Positions 10,112 through 21,819 are shown, numbered from the stretch's first letter. The stretch is 64,000 nucleotides of DNA from Candidatus Latescibacterota bacterium (GCA_965198115.1 OZ240241.1:5312001-5376000), one strand, 5' to 3'. The notes: generated by a model from the letters alone, not told the origin. Made by a program: numbers and translations.

Positions 10112-11680
10112 TTGCTTTTGACTTCCCCAGTGAAATACCCACCCAAACTCCCCCAGCGCACCTACGCCACGACGCTCGAAGAACAGCGTGTGCAACTCGA
10201 ATCCGACGAAATGCTCGAGCGTTTCGCAGCCGCACGCGAGGCCGTCTCCGCCGATCCCCATCGCCCGGCCTACCACTACGTCAATCCCCAGGGCAAGCTG
10301 AACGATCCCAACGGGTTCTGTATCTGGCAGGGGCGATATCATCTCTTCTACCAGGCCTACCCGCCTGAAGACTTCCGTCAGCACTGGGGTCACGCCGTCA
10401 GCGACGACCTCGTCTACTGGGAAGACCTGCCGCTCGCCATCTATCCCGGTATCGAAGAGAAATGCTTCAGTGGAAGCGCGCTCGTGGAAGAGGACCGCGT
10501 CATCGCGTTCTACGCGGGTACGGAAGCGGGTACCATGGTGGCCGTCTCATCCGATCCCCTCCTCCTCAACTGGGAAAAGCTGCCTGCGTGCCCGGTCATT
10601 CCCTGGCAGGAGGGTGCCCGGCACGGGTCACCAGAGCGCCCTGGCGATCCCTGCCTGTGGCGCGAAGCGGACGGATATTACGCGCTGACCGGGGGCTACA
10701 CGGACGGCGAGATCTTCGAAGACGGGGAACTGGTCGAGTATCTCTTTCACTCGGAGAATCTCGAAAATTGGACCTATCAAGGCCTCTTTATCGAAGACGA
10801 CCGGTTTTCGGCGCCGGGTGAGGACGGTGCCGTTCCTTACTTCTGGCCGATTGGGGACACACACATCCTGTTGTTCGCCAGTCACCAGCGCGGGTCCCAA
10901 TACTTCCTGGGCGACTATGACCAGAAACACCACCGTTTCAGACCCTTCGCCCACGGCCGCTTCAACTTCAACCAGCTCCGGCGTGGCGGTGTTCACGCAC
11001 CAACGGCGACACCCGACGGAGGGGGCGGCGTCCTCGTCATTCACAACATCAACTGGGGAAAACCGGCCGAGTTCGGTGAGTGGGATCACATCATGTCCCT
11101 GCCTCGTCGGCTCACCCTCGCCGACGACCGGACGCTCCGGATCGAGCCGGTCGACGCCCTGACGAAGCTGAGAGGCGACCACCGGCAGCTTGGCGAAACG
11201 CGGCTTCCCGCGAACGAAACCCTCGTCCTGGATGGTATCGGTGGTCGGGAGATTGAGATCATCGCCCGAATCGACCCTCAGGACGCCCGCGAGGTCAGCA
11301 TCGAAGTCTGTCGATCCCCCAACGCGGAGGAAACCACGGTCATTCGCTTCCTTGACCAGGGCCATTTCCAGCACGGCACCTTCGAGGGCCCCAACTACGA
11401 TCACGCCCTTGTCCTCGATGCCGGACGGGCCTCTACGCTGCCGGAGGTACTCGGGCGCCCGCCGGAGATCGCCCCCTTCAAGCTGCCCGAGGATGAGGAC
11501 CTCGAACTGCGTATCTTCATCGACCGTAGCGTCGTCGAGGTCTTCGCGAACGGCACCCAGGCACTTGGACTTCGCATCTATCCCGAACGCGAAGACAGCA
11601 CCGGCGTCGCCATCCGCGCCCAGGGCTGCGATGCCCTGCTCAAATCCCTCGACGTCTGGGAGATGAAAAGCATCTGGTAA
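10112..11680 (+). CDS. GH32-like glycoside hydrolase with non-canonical catalytic motifs
   Basis: HRPAYH, LNDPNG, HLFYQ, WGHAVS, FSGSA, MSLPR, IDRSVVEVF. Confidence 0.88.
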   Translation: MLLTSPVKYPPKLPQRTYATTLEEQRVQLESDEMLERFAAAREAVSADPHRPAYHYVNPQGKLNDPNGFCIWQGRYHLFYQAYPPEDFRQHWGHAVSDDLVYWEDLPLAIYPGIEEKCFSGSALVEEDRVIAFYAGTEAGTMVAVSSDPLLLNWEKLPACPVIPWQEGARHGSPERPGDPCLWREADGYYALTGGYTDGEIFEDGELVEYLFHSENLENWTYQGLFIEDDRFSAPGEDGAVPYFWPIGDTHILLFASHQRGSQYFLGDYDQKHHRFRPFAHGRFNFNQLRRGGVHAPTATPDGGGGVLVIHNINWGKPAEFGEWDHIMSLPRRLTLADDRTLRIEPVDALTKLRGDHRQLGETRLPANETLVLDGIGGREIEIIARIDPQDAREVSIEVCRSPNAEETTVIRFLDQGHFQHGTFEGPNYDHALVLDAGRASTLPEVLGRPPEIAPFKLPEDEDLELRIFIDRSVVEVFANGTQALGLRIYPEREDSTGVAIRAQGCDALLKSLDVWEMKSIW

Positions 11681-11681
11681 G

Positions 11682-11813
11682 GCACCCCCGGGCGGAGCCC
11701 AGGGGCGAGTATTGAGAAATACATCAATGGCCCCGGTCATAATGCAGGGCCGAGAACCGGGGCCTAGTCTACCGGTCCCACTCGCTCGTCCCTGTGCTCT
11801 CGCACGGGGACGC
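11682..11813 (+). repeat. Three-hairpin element, copy C
   Basis: Same layout; centre GGCCCCGGT...ACCGGGGCC. Confidence 0.85.
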
Positions 11814-11919
11814 TGTAGACGCTGACTTTTGACCACTGCCCGCCGAGTGCATCGTACGAAGGCGGGACTGACGATTCATCGCGACGGCATGTAGCGCGAG
11901 CAATTAGGGGAACCCATCT

Positions 11920-12873
11920 ATGTCCAACCTCAAAGTCGCCATCATCGGCGCAGGCGGTCACGCCCAGAGCCACTTCCAGATGATCAAGGACGAGTCGGAA
12001 ATGGACCTCGTCGCCGTCGCTGACATCGACGAGAGTCGGCTGGCCCACACGAGCGACGAGCACGGCGTTACCGCGCTATTCACCGACTATCGCGAGATGC
12101 TCGAGAAAGTCGACCTGGACGTCGCCTACGTCGAAACATTCCCCGGTCCGTTGACGGACATCGTCATCGATTGCCTCGAAGCCGGTCTTCACACCTCGGT
12201 CGAAAAGCCTCCAGGCGTCACGTCGGATGACACCAGACGCATGGTCAAAACCGAAAAAAAATCATCGGCGAAGGCGATCGTCTCCCTCAACCGACGCTAT
12301 TTCCCAACCGTACTCGCAATCCGTAGGATGCTCGATGAACGCGGTGGTCCGGTCCACGTCGCAGCGACCTACAACAAGCCCCAGACGAACGAACGAATCC
12401 GTGAAGTCGGTCACTACATTTCTCTCGATGCGATCCACCACGTCGATCTCCTCAGGTGGCTGGCCGGTGACGTAACCGAAGTCCACGCGGAAGCCTGGTC
12501 TGCGCCGACTCATCCTTCGGAGATGCGGCACAATGCCGTCCTGAAGTTCGCGAGCGGATGCGGCGGAGTCATGATGAGCCACTACGCCGTCGGCTATCGG
12601 ATCCAGCGCTTCGAAGCGCACGCCGATGACTTCAGCGCTTATGTGGACATGACGCGCGGTCAGGTTGCCGAGATGTACGTCGAGGGCGAGCCGTTCCTTC
12701 AGGAAAACCTGGACCTCGACGCTGTAGGCGGACCAGACTTCAACGAGACGCGCCACTTCGTCGAGTGCATCCGGAACGACACGCAGCCGTGGAGTACCCT
12801 CGAAGACGCCGTCAAGACGATGCAGCTCTGCGAGGCCATCGAGGCCGGCCATAAGGGGCCGCTCTCCTCGTAG
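11920..12873 (+). CDS. Gfo/Idh/MocA oxidoreductase
   Basis: IIGAGG, EKP, NRRY, IHHVD. Confidence 0.92.
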   Translation: MSNLKVAIIGAGGHAQSHFQMIKDESEMDLVAVADIDESRLAHTSDEHGVTALFTDYREMLEKVDLDVAYVETFPGPLTDIVIDCLEAGLHTSVEKPPGVTSDDTRRMVKTEKKSSAKAIVSLNRRYFPTVLAIRRMLDERGGPVHVAATYNKPQTNERIREVGHYISLDAIHHVDLLRWLAGDVTEVHAEAWSAPTHPSEMRHNAVLKFASGCGGVMMSHYAVGYRIQRFEAHADDFSAYVDMTRGQVAEMYVEGEPFLQENLDLDAVGGPDFNETRHFVECIRNDTQPWSTLEDAVKTMQLCEAIEAGHKGPLSS

Positions 12874-12881
12874 CACACAAA

Positions 12882-14060
12882 GTGGGCGTAGGACGCACCT
12901 TCGAAGGCGAACAACGCCGGTTCGTCGATTCAGCAAGCGGCCGCGAAGTCCTCCAACTCACGGACTACCTCGGCCATTCCTACCAGTTCTACTTCACAGA
13001 CCCGTGCTGGCTGAACGAGGGTCGCTCGCTCATCTTCCGCTCACAACGGGAGAACACGGACAACTACTACCGTTGTGACGTCGACAGCGGCCTGATCACG
13101 CAACTGACTGACTGTGCATCGCCTGGTGGGACACGTGGTTGTTTCTCACCGGTCCGAGAGTGCCTTTACTTCTGGCTTGGGGCGACGCTTCACGAGCTCA
13201 ATCTGACAACATTCGAAGATCGGCCGGTCTGCGAGTCGCCCGATTCCCTGAAGCCTGGACGTCCGGCCGCATCGGCCGACGGCAATCACCTGTTCGCGCT
13301 CTTCACCGAGCGCAGGAACGGGAACGGTCGCCGGCGATCTGCCAGAGATGGGGGCTCACGCGATCTATTCGAGAATCCTCCGCGAACTCAGATCATTCGC
13401 GTGGACGTAACGACTGGCGATCTCGAGGTGCTCTTCGAGGATCGGCGCTACATTTCACATCTCAACCCTTCACCCACCAGACCGGATCTCCTCACATTCT
13501 GTCACGAGGGACCGTGGGAGCGCGTCGATCAACGAATCTGGGGATTGAACGTAGACACGACGGACGTTTGGCCGATCTGACCTCAGAACGATGAGTATTC
13601 TATCGTCGCCGAACACTGGCTCGCCGACGGGGAGCGCATCGGATTCCGTAGCCACCGTCGCGGTACGATGGGTACACGATTCGGTCAGATCAGATACGAC
13701 AACGAGGATCATGTCGAGTCCGACTTGACGACCTACAGTCGGCATTTCCACACGCTGGACGGATCGCTCATCGTGGGGGATGGGTCACCGGTGTATCCAC
13801 TTCCGGCCATCGTCAATCGATGCAAGACTTGGCCTTACATCCTGCTCTATCCTTGGTCCGGTGAGGCATATGGTGATCCACGAATCCTCGCCGCACACGG
13901 CAGCACGTTCAACGTCAACGAAGCGCACTGTCATCCTCACATCACACCGGACGGACGGCACGTTATTTACACGTCCGACACATCCGGGTATGGTAACCTC
14001 TATCTTGTTGAAATCGGAAATCCGACGGAACTGCCCGAGCTGAAAATGGATCGCACGTAG
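12882..14060 (+). pseudogene. Oligogalacturonate-lyase-like beta-propeller interrupted by in-frame TGA at 13578-13580
   Basis: ORFs 12882-13580 and 13668-14060 share a frame; FCHEGPW, AEHW and HCHPHITPDG motifs continue across the stop. Confidence 0.75.
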
Positions 14061-14073
14061 AAAGGACGGAGCG

Positions 14074-15150
14074 ATGGAAACGTATAAAGCGGCATTGATC
14101 GGCTGTAGTCGAATGGGCGCCTTCATCGACAATGAAGTGCCCGAGGAAAGGGGCGCCTACTCACACGCGGCTGGCTACGAAGCCTGCGACCGCACGAGAA
14201 TGATCGCGTGTTCGGATCTGCGCGAAGACGTGATGGAACAGGTGGGCCTTCGATACGATGTACCGAAGGACAAGCAGTACACCGACTACAAGGAAATGAT
14301 CGCCGCCGAGAAACCCGACATCGTCAGCGTCGCGACCCAGCCCGAGCACCGCGCCGACATCGTCATCCACGCCGCAGAAAATGGCGCGAAGGCCATCTAT
14401 GCGGAAAAGGCATTCGCCGCCTCGATGGACGAAGCCGACGCGATGGTCGAAGCCGTTGAGCGCAATGGGGTGCATCTCAACTTGGGCACCAATCGTCGGT
14501 GGGATCCTGGATACGATACGATGAAAGACGTCATCGAAAACGACAGGATCGGCAAGCTCAGGACCTTGATTCTACACTCGACAAGCTCCCTTTTCAACGG
14601 AGCCAGTCACGGTTTCGACGTCCTGCTCCGCCTGAACAGCGACTGTCCAGTTTCCTGGGTGCAGGCCCACTTACCCAACGGCGACGAAGTCATCGACGGG
14701 GAACGCCTCAAAGAGGATCCCATAGGCCACGGAATCCTTCAGTTCGACAACGGCGTCACCGCCTATGCGCTGAACTCGGGACGGGGAATGGAGGTTGAAG
14801 CTGTCTGTGAAAGAGGGGTCGTAACAGCGATGGGCAACGGTGATGAATGGCAGATCCGAGAGCCCGGCGCACAAGACCACCGAGACCGCGACGTTCTCGT
14901 CCAGGGAGGATTCCCGGCTTACGAATACCGACCCTCGACCGTCTGCCTGATCGAGGATCTCGTTCACTCGATCGACACCGGCGAGCCCCCACGCTGCGGC
15001 GTCCGACTGGCGCGTTACAACCAGGAACTCATCTTCGCCTTCATCGAATCCCATCTCAGAGGCGGCGCAAGAGTCGAGCTACCGCTCGAAGGAAGCAAGC
15101 ATCGCCTCCTGCGGGACCGCGAACCGAGACAACCCAGATACCAGCGTTGA
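14074..15150 (+). CDS. Gfo/Idh/MocA oxidoreductase
   Basis: LIGCSRMG, AEKAF, NRRW, SHGFD. Confidence 0.9.
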   Translation: METYKAALIGCSRMGAFIDNEVPEERGAYSHAAGYEACDRTRMIACSDLREDVMEQVGLRYDVPKDKQYTDYKEMIAAEKPDIVSVATQPEHRADIVIHAAENGAKAIYAEKAFAASMDEADAMVEAVERNGVHLNLGTNRRWDPGYDTMKDVIENDRIGKLRTLILHSTSSLFNGASHGFDVLLRLNSDCPVSWVQAHLPNGDEVIDGERLKEDPIGHGILQFDNGVTAYALNSGRGMEVEAVCERGVVTAMGNGDEWQIREPGAQDHRDRDVLVQGGFPAYEYRPSTVCLIEDLVHSIDTGEPPRCGVRLARYNQELIFAFIESHLRGGARVELPLEGSKHRLLRDREPRQPRYQR

Positions 15151-15151
15151 A

Positions 15152-15216
15152 CGGGAGACGGGGGGAGCGGGAGATGGCGGGAAGACATTGTCCCCCGTAC
15201 CCCCCTCTCCCGCTCA
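15152..15216. terminator. Imperfect hairpin of ~8-nt units between convergent genes
   Basis: GAGCGGGAGA...TCTCCCGCTC arms; lies between two stop codons. Confidence 0.45.
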
Positions 15217-15219
15217 GCT

Positions 15220-16374
15220 TTATCGCAGCCCCTCCGGAGCCAACTCCCCAATCGACCCCTCCAACTCCTCGTCCGGCGTATCCGTCCGCGTGCTCTGCGC
15301 GGTCTCTGGCAGCGGCGTGTCGAACTGATAGCTCGGATCATCCTGCTGCCGCCTCCACGTCTCGCGCATTTCTCTCCACGCACCCAGCGTTGTTCGCGGC
15401 TCGGGCATGTCGTGGGCGATTTCTTTCGCGAGTTTCCGAAGATTGTAACAGGGCACTCCAGCGTACATATGGTGCTCGATGTGCCAGTTCATTCGCCAGT
15501 AGAGAAACTCCGTCAGCGGATTGACTTTGATCGAGCGCGTGTTCTTGCGAAAATCGGGCGAATACTCCTGTAAGCCGCAGTGCTGCGTATAACCCACGGA
15601 GAAGACACCCCAGTTTGCGATGAACGGGAAAAACGTAACGAGCAGGGGCACGACCCAGAACCCCGTATAGATGGAAATAGCCAGAACAGAACCGTGGAAG
15701 ACAAGCAACAGACGTGACCACCACATCGATTTCCTGGCTTGGACCGGTTGATCCTCGTGCAAAGCCTGCAACCACTCCCGGCTCGGGATCTTCGTTGACC
15801 CGACCACACCGACCGCTGACTTCAGGGTCACCCATATCGTCGACAGCAGCCCGCCCTTTCCGAAGGGTCGCCCCGGTGGCAAGAAGACGTTCACCGTGAG
15901 CAGTTGCAGAACCGCCTTGAATGGCAACGCTGCTGGGAGTGGCATGAGGTTTTCCCGATCCCCCTCGGCATACTGTGTGTAGCGATGGTGATACGTGTGG
16001 CTGCTTGCGTAGTCGAATGGATCCCACCAGGTGAGGAGGCTGGTTAGATACTGGAAGAATTTGTTCAGCCATTTAGTTCTGAAAACAGTTCCGTGCCCCA
16101 ACTCGTGAGGAGCCACACCTTGCAGAAAGCTCCCGACTGTCCCGTGCACCCACAGAGCACAGGCGAACCCGACCCAAAGCTCTTGCACCCAGGTGACGTA
16201 GACCAGCGCCCCGGTCCCTGCGAAGATCGCCAGATGACCGGCCGTCTGGAAGAACCCTTGGAGATTGCTCCGTCGTGACAGCTCGCGGAGCCGCCCGTGA
16301 TCGATCGGACAACGATACCATTCGACCCGCAGGTTCTCCCGAACTTCAGAAAGCGGCGGAAACTCCTTACTCAT
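15220..16374 (-). CDS. Fatty-acid-desaturase-family membrane di-iron enzyme (MocD-like)
   Basis: His boxes HELGH, HTYHH, HIEHH plus hydrophobic segments. Confidence 0.88.
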   Translation of the reverse strand: MSKEFPPLSEVRENLRVEWYRCPIDHGRLRELSRRSNLQGFFQTAGHLAIFAGTGALVYVTWVQELWVGFACALWVHGTVGSFLQGVAPHELGHGTVFRTKWLNKFFQYLTSLLTWWDPFDYASSHTYHHRYTQYAEGDRENLMPLPAALPFKAVLQLLTVNVFLPPGRPFGKGGLLSTIWVTLKSAVGVVGSTKIPSREWLQALHEDQPVQARKSMWWSRLLLVFHGSVLAISIYTGFWVVPLLVTFFPFIANWGVFSVGYTQHCGLQEYSPDFRKNTRSIKVNPLTEFLYWRMNWHIEHHMYAGVPCYNLRKLAKEIAHDMPEPRTTLGAWREMRETWRRQQDDPSYQFDTPLPETAQSTRTDTPDEELEGSIGELAPEGLR

Positions 16375-16693
16375 GACTTATCCCCTCTTTTTACCGAATA
16401 CAAAGCTGACCAACCTCCGACTGCCTGCCCGGAGCCCTGGCGACCACCCGACTTGAGGAGCCTGCCCGAGCGGATGCCAGGGGTCCACCATCTACCGTTC
16501 ACTTGTTCGCAGTCACTTCGCTTGCGGCTCAGTGCAGGCTCGACTGCTCCCACCGACAATGAGGGCGAAGCCGTCTCTTCCGCCCACTGCCGACGGCCGA
16601 CTCGTTTTTCCGTCGACCGTCCACCCTCCCTGCTCCCGCGCAGCCTCCCGATTCCCTCAGTGTTCTCAATGCCCTCAGTGGCTGCTTCTGCGG

Positions 16694-17886
16694 TTACTTC
16701 CAGCTGTCCACGAAATCTTCGACCGAGTACTCCGGCATCTCCTCGAAATAATAGGGCATCGGCGTGGCCTGAAACCCCCGGAGTGAATTGCTCTTCCTCG
16801 GCCTGCAGGATCGTGTCCAGCGGTTCGAATCGGCTCTAGAGCGCGCTCATCTCCTCGTCCTTGAATCGCGGCGCGATATCCACGTCCTGGCTCCAGTCAC
16901 CGCCATAACGTTCTTTTAGCGGATGCGAGACGAACCGCATTTTGTAGACCAGTTTGGACAGAAGAATGATGGTGACCAACCGACCCTCCACTCCGGGATG
17001 CAGGGCAGCCAATCCGTCAAGAAACGCCGATTCGTCCCGGTCGAGCAAAGCACGATAGACTGCCGTGATCAGGTCCAGTTCCTTCGCGTAGGCTCGAGCC
17101 TGATCCTCGACGATCTTCTGATAGGCCTCCGACAGGAATCGCGCGTAATTCGTATCGCGATAGTAGAAAGCCACATAGGGAAAAATCGGTCCCCCGTAGG
17201 CTCGATAGCCCACGTGAACCGTCCGCCGTAATTTCGTGCTGTAGTTGCTGCCCCAATGGAGGATCGTATTCGTGTAGACGACGCCATCGCCTGCCTTCAG
17301 CTCGACGGAAACGCTGTTCGGCAGCGGCATGAGCGGGTCTTCCTGGAGCTGCGCGTTTTCTTCGTCCGTGTTGGCGCGCCGGTGACTGCCTGGAACGACC
17401 CAGAGCACATCATCTTCATACAAAGGGATGTTCCATTGCAAGTAGCCTGGCCGATTCTCGAGCAGGTCCATCTGCAACCCCCGGAGTGGCGCCTGATCGA
17501 TCGGATGAATGTCGCGATGCCAACGGGCTGGACCGAAGTCCTTTTCAGGCGGGCTACACATCAGAAATATCCCGCTGTTCGCCGCGACCTCGACGTTCAT
17601 CAGCTGCTTGCACACGCCGAGTGTGTTTTCGTGCAGACAGAACTCGGTCGTATCGGCCGTATCTGTGTCGATCAGATTCTGAAAATGAACGAGTCGGGGC
17701 TGGGCTGATGGCCTGCCACACACCGCCCGGCGGATCTTCGGGTCCCCGTTCCTTGGCCCAGATCTCGCGCTGTCGATCGACCAGCACCTCGTAGCTTTTT
17801 CGAAGCTGATCCAGCATGTGAGGTGGCACGACGTTTCTCAGAATCAGAAACCCATCCTTCAGAAAGCGCTGAAAATCGACATGCAC
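16694..17886 (-). pseudogene. Phytanoyl-CoA dioxygenase (PhyH) family, disrupted
   Basis: FLKDGFLILRNV, WHRD, VPGSH, ILHWG; frameshift ~17710, TAG at 16836-16838, second frameshift ~16775, natural-looking end ...FVDSWK*. Confidence 0.75.
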
Positions 17887-17899
17887 GATGTTCTCCCCA

Positions 17900-19233
17900 T
17901 CAAATGCTTCGACAACGCCAGAGATGGGCGGTACCGTTTCCCTTACATCCCACCATCAGGGCGTCTTCGAAAATTGTCATCGAGTAACCGTAGGCATCCG
18001 TGGCTTGTGCATCGGCGTCGGGGTGCGATGCAACAGGATACCCGAGGCAGAGCCATTTCCCATCCGTCACGGACAGCACCCAGTAGCCGACCCGGCCGAC
18101 GGGATCGGCGCAGCCCCCCGCGACGACCAGGTGTCCGTTCCAGATCGCCGACGTATTGAAGCTGCTCTGATCCGAAAGAATAGTCTCATCGGGACACGAA
18201 ACTGGCAGAGCGAGGTCGTGCCATTGCTCGCTTTCGGGATCCCATGCCCAGACGTTTCCGAATCGGTCGGGATCGTTCAGAGCATCCTGACAGTTGTATC
18301 CGATGATCAGCTTGCCTGGTATGCAATCAGACTGGTTACGATGTTGCTGTGATCGAGTTTCCAGCTGTCCCCCACGCCTTCCCCGCCGATCTGTGCCCAT
18401 TGGCCGGATCGGTACCGCCAGGCCTCTCCAATCCAGCGAAGACTTTTCACGCCGTGTCGGACGATGGCGGCATAGAGCTCGTCCCCCAAGGAGCAAAGCG
18501 CGTAGACCCACGTCACGCAGTGATCCTCGTCCCAACTTCCCAGTCTCCCCCGGCCGGCGACACAGGACCAATGACCATCCTCCAGTCGATAGATCTCACC
18601 GTTGCCCAGGCTCGGATCGTAACCGCCCTCCGTCGTCCATTTCTTCTCCGGAGCACGCTCGGGAAGTCCATAGTTGGTAAAATGGCTCTGCATCCCGACC
18701 ATCAGCCCGCCCTCGTGCCAGGCCAGCGCGTAGACGTGGTCCTGGTCGGAGGAAACCCAGTCACCTTCACCACCTAGACCGCCGACCTGTTGCCAGGTGT
18801 CCCCATCAAAACGCCAGAGCTGCCCCCCTGCGCCCCCAACTTTGACGCCAGCGTAGAGGTAGCGATCTTCTTCATCTGCCAGGAGGCAATTCACCCACTT
18901 CAAGCCCGGCCTGAGCCCCACCCCACCCGGCATCGAAGGATTCCAGTCCTCCCAGGATTGGCGAATCTCGCCGCCCCCCACCTGCTCCCAGCAGCCACTG
19001 GAGAACCGCCATACCTCTGCCTGGGCGGCGCCGATACCGGTATAGAGGTCGCCACGGAATCGAGCGAGAGAACGCGTTCTTTCCTGTTCGCGCGAAGGCG
19101 TCCAACTGCCGGAGCGGCCCTGACCCCCGATCAGTTCCCATCGGACGGTCGGGTGTGTGGGAATGGGAGCCTCGGGCGCCTTGAACAGCTGCCTGAAATC
19201 AAGCGATATCGAATTGGATTTCTCAGGACCCAT
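17900..19233 (-). pseudogene. Trp-rich repeat beta-propeller hypothetical protein, frameshift ~18316
   Basis: Repeated WxQVGG/LYAG units; ORFs join as ...SLIAYQ|GKLIIGY if one G is added. Confidence 0.6.
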
Positions 19234-19339
19234 AAACTTCGACTCTGGTGAGACTCGCCTCTTAGGACCGCTGGTCAAATGGGGCCGTGGCTGATAGATT
19301 GCCGTGTGACGCCTCCTGCATCCCGGCACTGAAGGACGG

Positions 19340-20383
19340 ATGCCTACCCTTTTCGGAGAGGATGATAAGGCGGAGGCGCGCGTCTTCCAACCCTCTGGAG
19401 ATCCGCAAGTGTTCCTGCACGAGCTCGACTGGGAACGATACGAGCAGCCTGTGCTGTCAGCAATGACAACACAACAGGACTGGTGTCGGGTCACCCTCTA
19501 CAGTCCGTCGGTTGTCCGAACCGAGCAGGGCTACCGGATGTGGTATTGCGGCAACCGGACCGCGACCCGTACGAACGAGATGGACCTCGGCGTGGCGGAA
19601 TCGGAGGACGGCATCCTATGGACCCCCTCGCCGGCAAACCCGATTCTGAGTTCGGCAGATCTTCCGTGGGGTGGCGCGTGGCAAACGCCTCACGTCCTGT
19701 TCGACAGCGCGGCCGGCTGCTTTCGGATGTGGTTTGTCATGGCAAACTCGGAGCGCGACAGCGAGAATCGGCTTCTCAGCTTCGGCCAGAAGCTGGGATA
19801 TGCCGTCAGTCCTGACGGCCTGGATTGGGATGTCCATCCTGAGCCCGCTCTCCCGAGCGCAAGAGGGCCGTGCGTTCTGAATGCGGATGACGGCAGCTAC
19901 GAAATGTGGACGAACACATCCCCGAGCACGGGCGGCGAGTTTCGAGATCTCGTCTCCGGCATCTATAGATCTACCTCTCCCGACGGCCTGAACTGGACAC
20001 GCGACCCGGATCCGGCCGTGCGCACAACCGATACCCTGCGAAGTGTCGTCTATCCCTTCGTCATAAAATCGGGCGTGGAGTACACCGTGTGGTATGGCTG
20101 CCACGTCGATGGAGGGGTGTTCGAAATCTACTGTTCAACGTCCCCCGACGGCCGTACCTGGACCCATCATCACGACAAACCGTCGTTTCCCGCGAGCCAC
20201 GATCCGAACCGCTTCGATGGCCGCTACACCTCCACCCCCTGCGTCCTCGAGGAGCCCGATCGCTACCTGCTCTACTATTCCGCCAGGGACTGGGGCAATT
20301 TCTACGGCGCGGGCGACGGCTCGGTTCAGTTCGACGCCGACGGCATCTACCGCCATATCGGACTCGCGATAGCCTACAAATGA
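19340..20383 (+). CDS. Five-bladed beta-propeller glycosidase-like protein
   Basis: Repeats YRMWY, SEDGILW, SPDGLDW, SPDGLNW, SPDGRTW. Confidence 0.7.
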   Translation: MPTLFGEDDKAEARVFQPSGDPQVFLHELDWERYEQPVLSAMTTQQDWCRVTLYSPSVVRTEQGYRMWYCGNRTATRTNEMDLGVAESEDGILWTPSPANPILSSADLPWGGAWQTPHVLFDSAAGCFRMWFVMANSERDSENRLLSFGQKLGYAVSPDGLDWDVHPEPALPSARGPCVLNADDGSYEMWTNTSPSTGGEFRDLVSGIYRSTSPDGLNWTRDPDPAVRTTDTLRSVVYPFVIKSGVEYTVWYGCHVDGGVFEIYCSTSPDGRTWTHHHDKPSFPASHDPNRFDGRYTSTPCVLEEPDRYLLYYSARDWGNFYGAGDGSVQFDADGIYRHIGLAIAYK

Positions 20384-20403
20384 GTCGTTAGACGGAGGCT
20401 CCG

Positions 20404-21819
20404 ATGAAGGAAGAAACAGTGGCGCCTGATGGCCTGGCTACAGTTGAGTTGAAAGATCATCAGCTCGTTTGTGACGATGCGATGCTCGATCACACCCACA
20501 ACGTCTGGCGCTCCCTCCATCATCCAGTCAAACACGAAGCCAACCCGGTCCTGGAGTCTGACAGACCCTGGGAGGGATACCTCATCCTGCAGCCGGGTAC
20601 CGTGATCTACGACGAACAAGCAGCCCGCTTCAGGATGTGGTACAACACCCGGCCCACGCGGAAGACACCCGATGCCGGCCACAACCTTTGCTACGCCACA
20701 TCATCCGACGGTGTTCATTGGGAAAAACCCGAGCTGGGCCTGACTGAATTCGCTGGCTCGACTGCCAACAACATCCTTCTACAGGGTCCAGTCTGGACGC
20801 ACTGTATCATCGACGATCGAGAGGAGACAGACCCCGAAAGACGCTACAAGATGCTCTATTGGGGCTGGCTCGATCAGTCTGAGAAAAAAGGCATTTACGC
20901 CGCGTTCTCACCCGACGGCATCCATTGGAATATCTACGAAGGAAACCCCATCATCCCGACGTGGGCAACCGGTGACACGTTCAGTTTCCTACGTGATCCC
21001 TCGTCAGGCCAGTACTGGCTTTACCATAAAACGCCTCGCGAACCGATACGCACGGTCTCCCGCATGGTCAGCGACGACTTCATCCACTGGCGAGAGAGTC
21101 AACGCGTGCTCGCCCCCGATCCGCTCGATCCTCCCGATACACAGTTTTACGGGTTGTCTGCTTATCCATCCGGTGGTCAATATCTCGGTCTCCTCTGGGT
21201 CTATCACACCTACATCCAGACAATGGACGTCCAGCTCGTGTCGAGCCGCGACGGTTTGCACTGGGATCGCACGGCCGATCGCAAGCTGCTCGTACACCTC
21301 GAGCCGACAAACAACTTTCAAGGACACGCATTCGATAGCAAGATGATCTATCCCGCTTCTGCGCCGGCGATCCACGACAGCAAACTGTGGCTCTACTACT
21401 CGGGCTTCACCGTCCCACACAATGCTTACGCCGACGATCACGACGGCTGCATCGGACTGGCGACGACACGCGAAGACGGATTCTGTTCACTCGATGCCAC
21501 GAGCGAGGGCGTTATCGTGACCAAACCGTTCAGCTGGAAAGGCGCAACGTTGTGGGTCAACGCGGCTGCCCAACAGGAAGCGGATACGACCCACAGCGAT
21601 CGACTCGGGTCCGTCGGCATCCGAGTTCAGATCGAAGACGAGGGCGGTGAGCCGGTCCCCGGATTCGCGATAGGTCAGTCGACGCCTTGTTCGGGCGACC
21701 AGACAGAAGCTAAGATGACTTGGAATGAGACCAGCAATCTGAGCGATCTCGACGGACGAACGGTCCGACTACGATTCGTGCTCAGCTACGCGCGCCTGTA
21801 TGCCTGGAGGGTCAGTTAA
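20404..21819 (+). CDS. Beta-propeller glycosidase-like protein, paralogue of 7663-9090
   Basis: DRPWEG, SSDGVHWEKPELGL, REDGFCSL, VRLRF..LYAW. Confidence 0.7.
   Translation: MKEETVAPDGLATVELKDHQLVCDDAMLDHTHNVWRSLHHPVKHEANPVLESDRPWEGYLILQPGTVIYDEQAARFRMWYNTRPTRKTPDAGHNLCYATSSDGVHWEKPELGLTEFAGSTANNILLQGPVWTHCIIDDREETDPERRYKMLYWGWLDQSEKKGIYAAFSPDGIHWNIYEGNPIIPTWATGDTFSFLRDPSSGQYWLYHKTPREPIRTVSRMVSDDFIHWRESQRVLAPDPLDPPDTQFYGLSAYPSGGQYLGLLWVYHTYIQTMDVQLVSSRDGLHWDRTADRKLLVHLEPTNNFQGHAFDSKMIYPASAPAIHDSKLWLYYSGFTVPHNAYADDHDGCIGLATTREDGFCSLDATSEGVIVTKPFSWKGATLWVNAAAQQEADTTHSDRLGSVGIRVQIEDEGGEPVPGFAIGQSTPCSGDQTEAKMTWNETSNLSDLDGRTVRLRFVLSYARLYAWRVS

Noticed and set aside
6361-11813. Integron attC sites after each gene
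   Set aside because: No RYYYAAC/GTTRRRY core boxes at the element ends and no integron integrase in the window.
13578-13610. Selenocysteine read-through of the in-frame TGA (small hairpin downstream)
   Set aside because: Context WPI*PQ fits Arg (CGA) rather than a redox Cys site; the hairpin is weak; not a known selenoprotein family.
16836-16838. Pyrrolysine or recoded TAG
   Set aside because: The same gene has two frameshifts, and TAG terminates many intact genes in the window.
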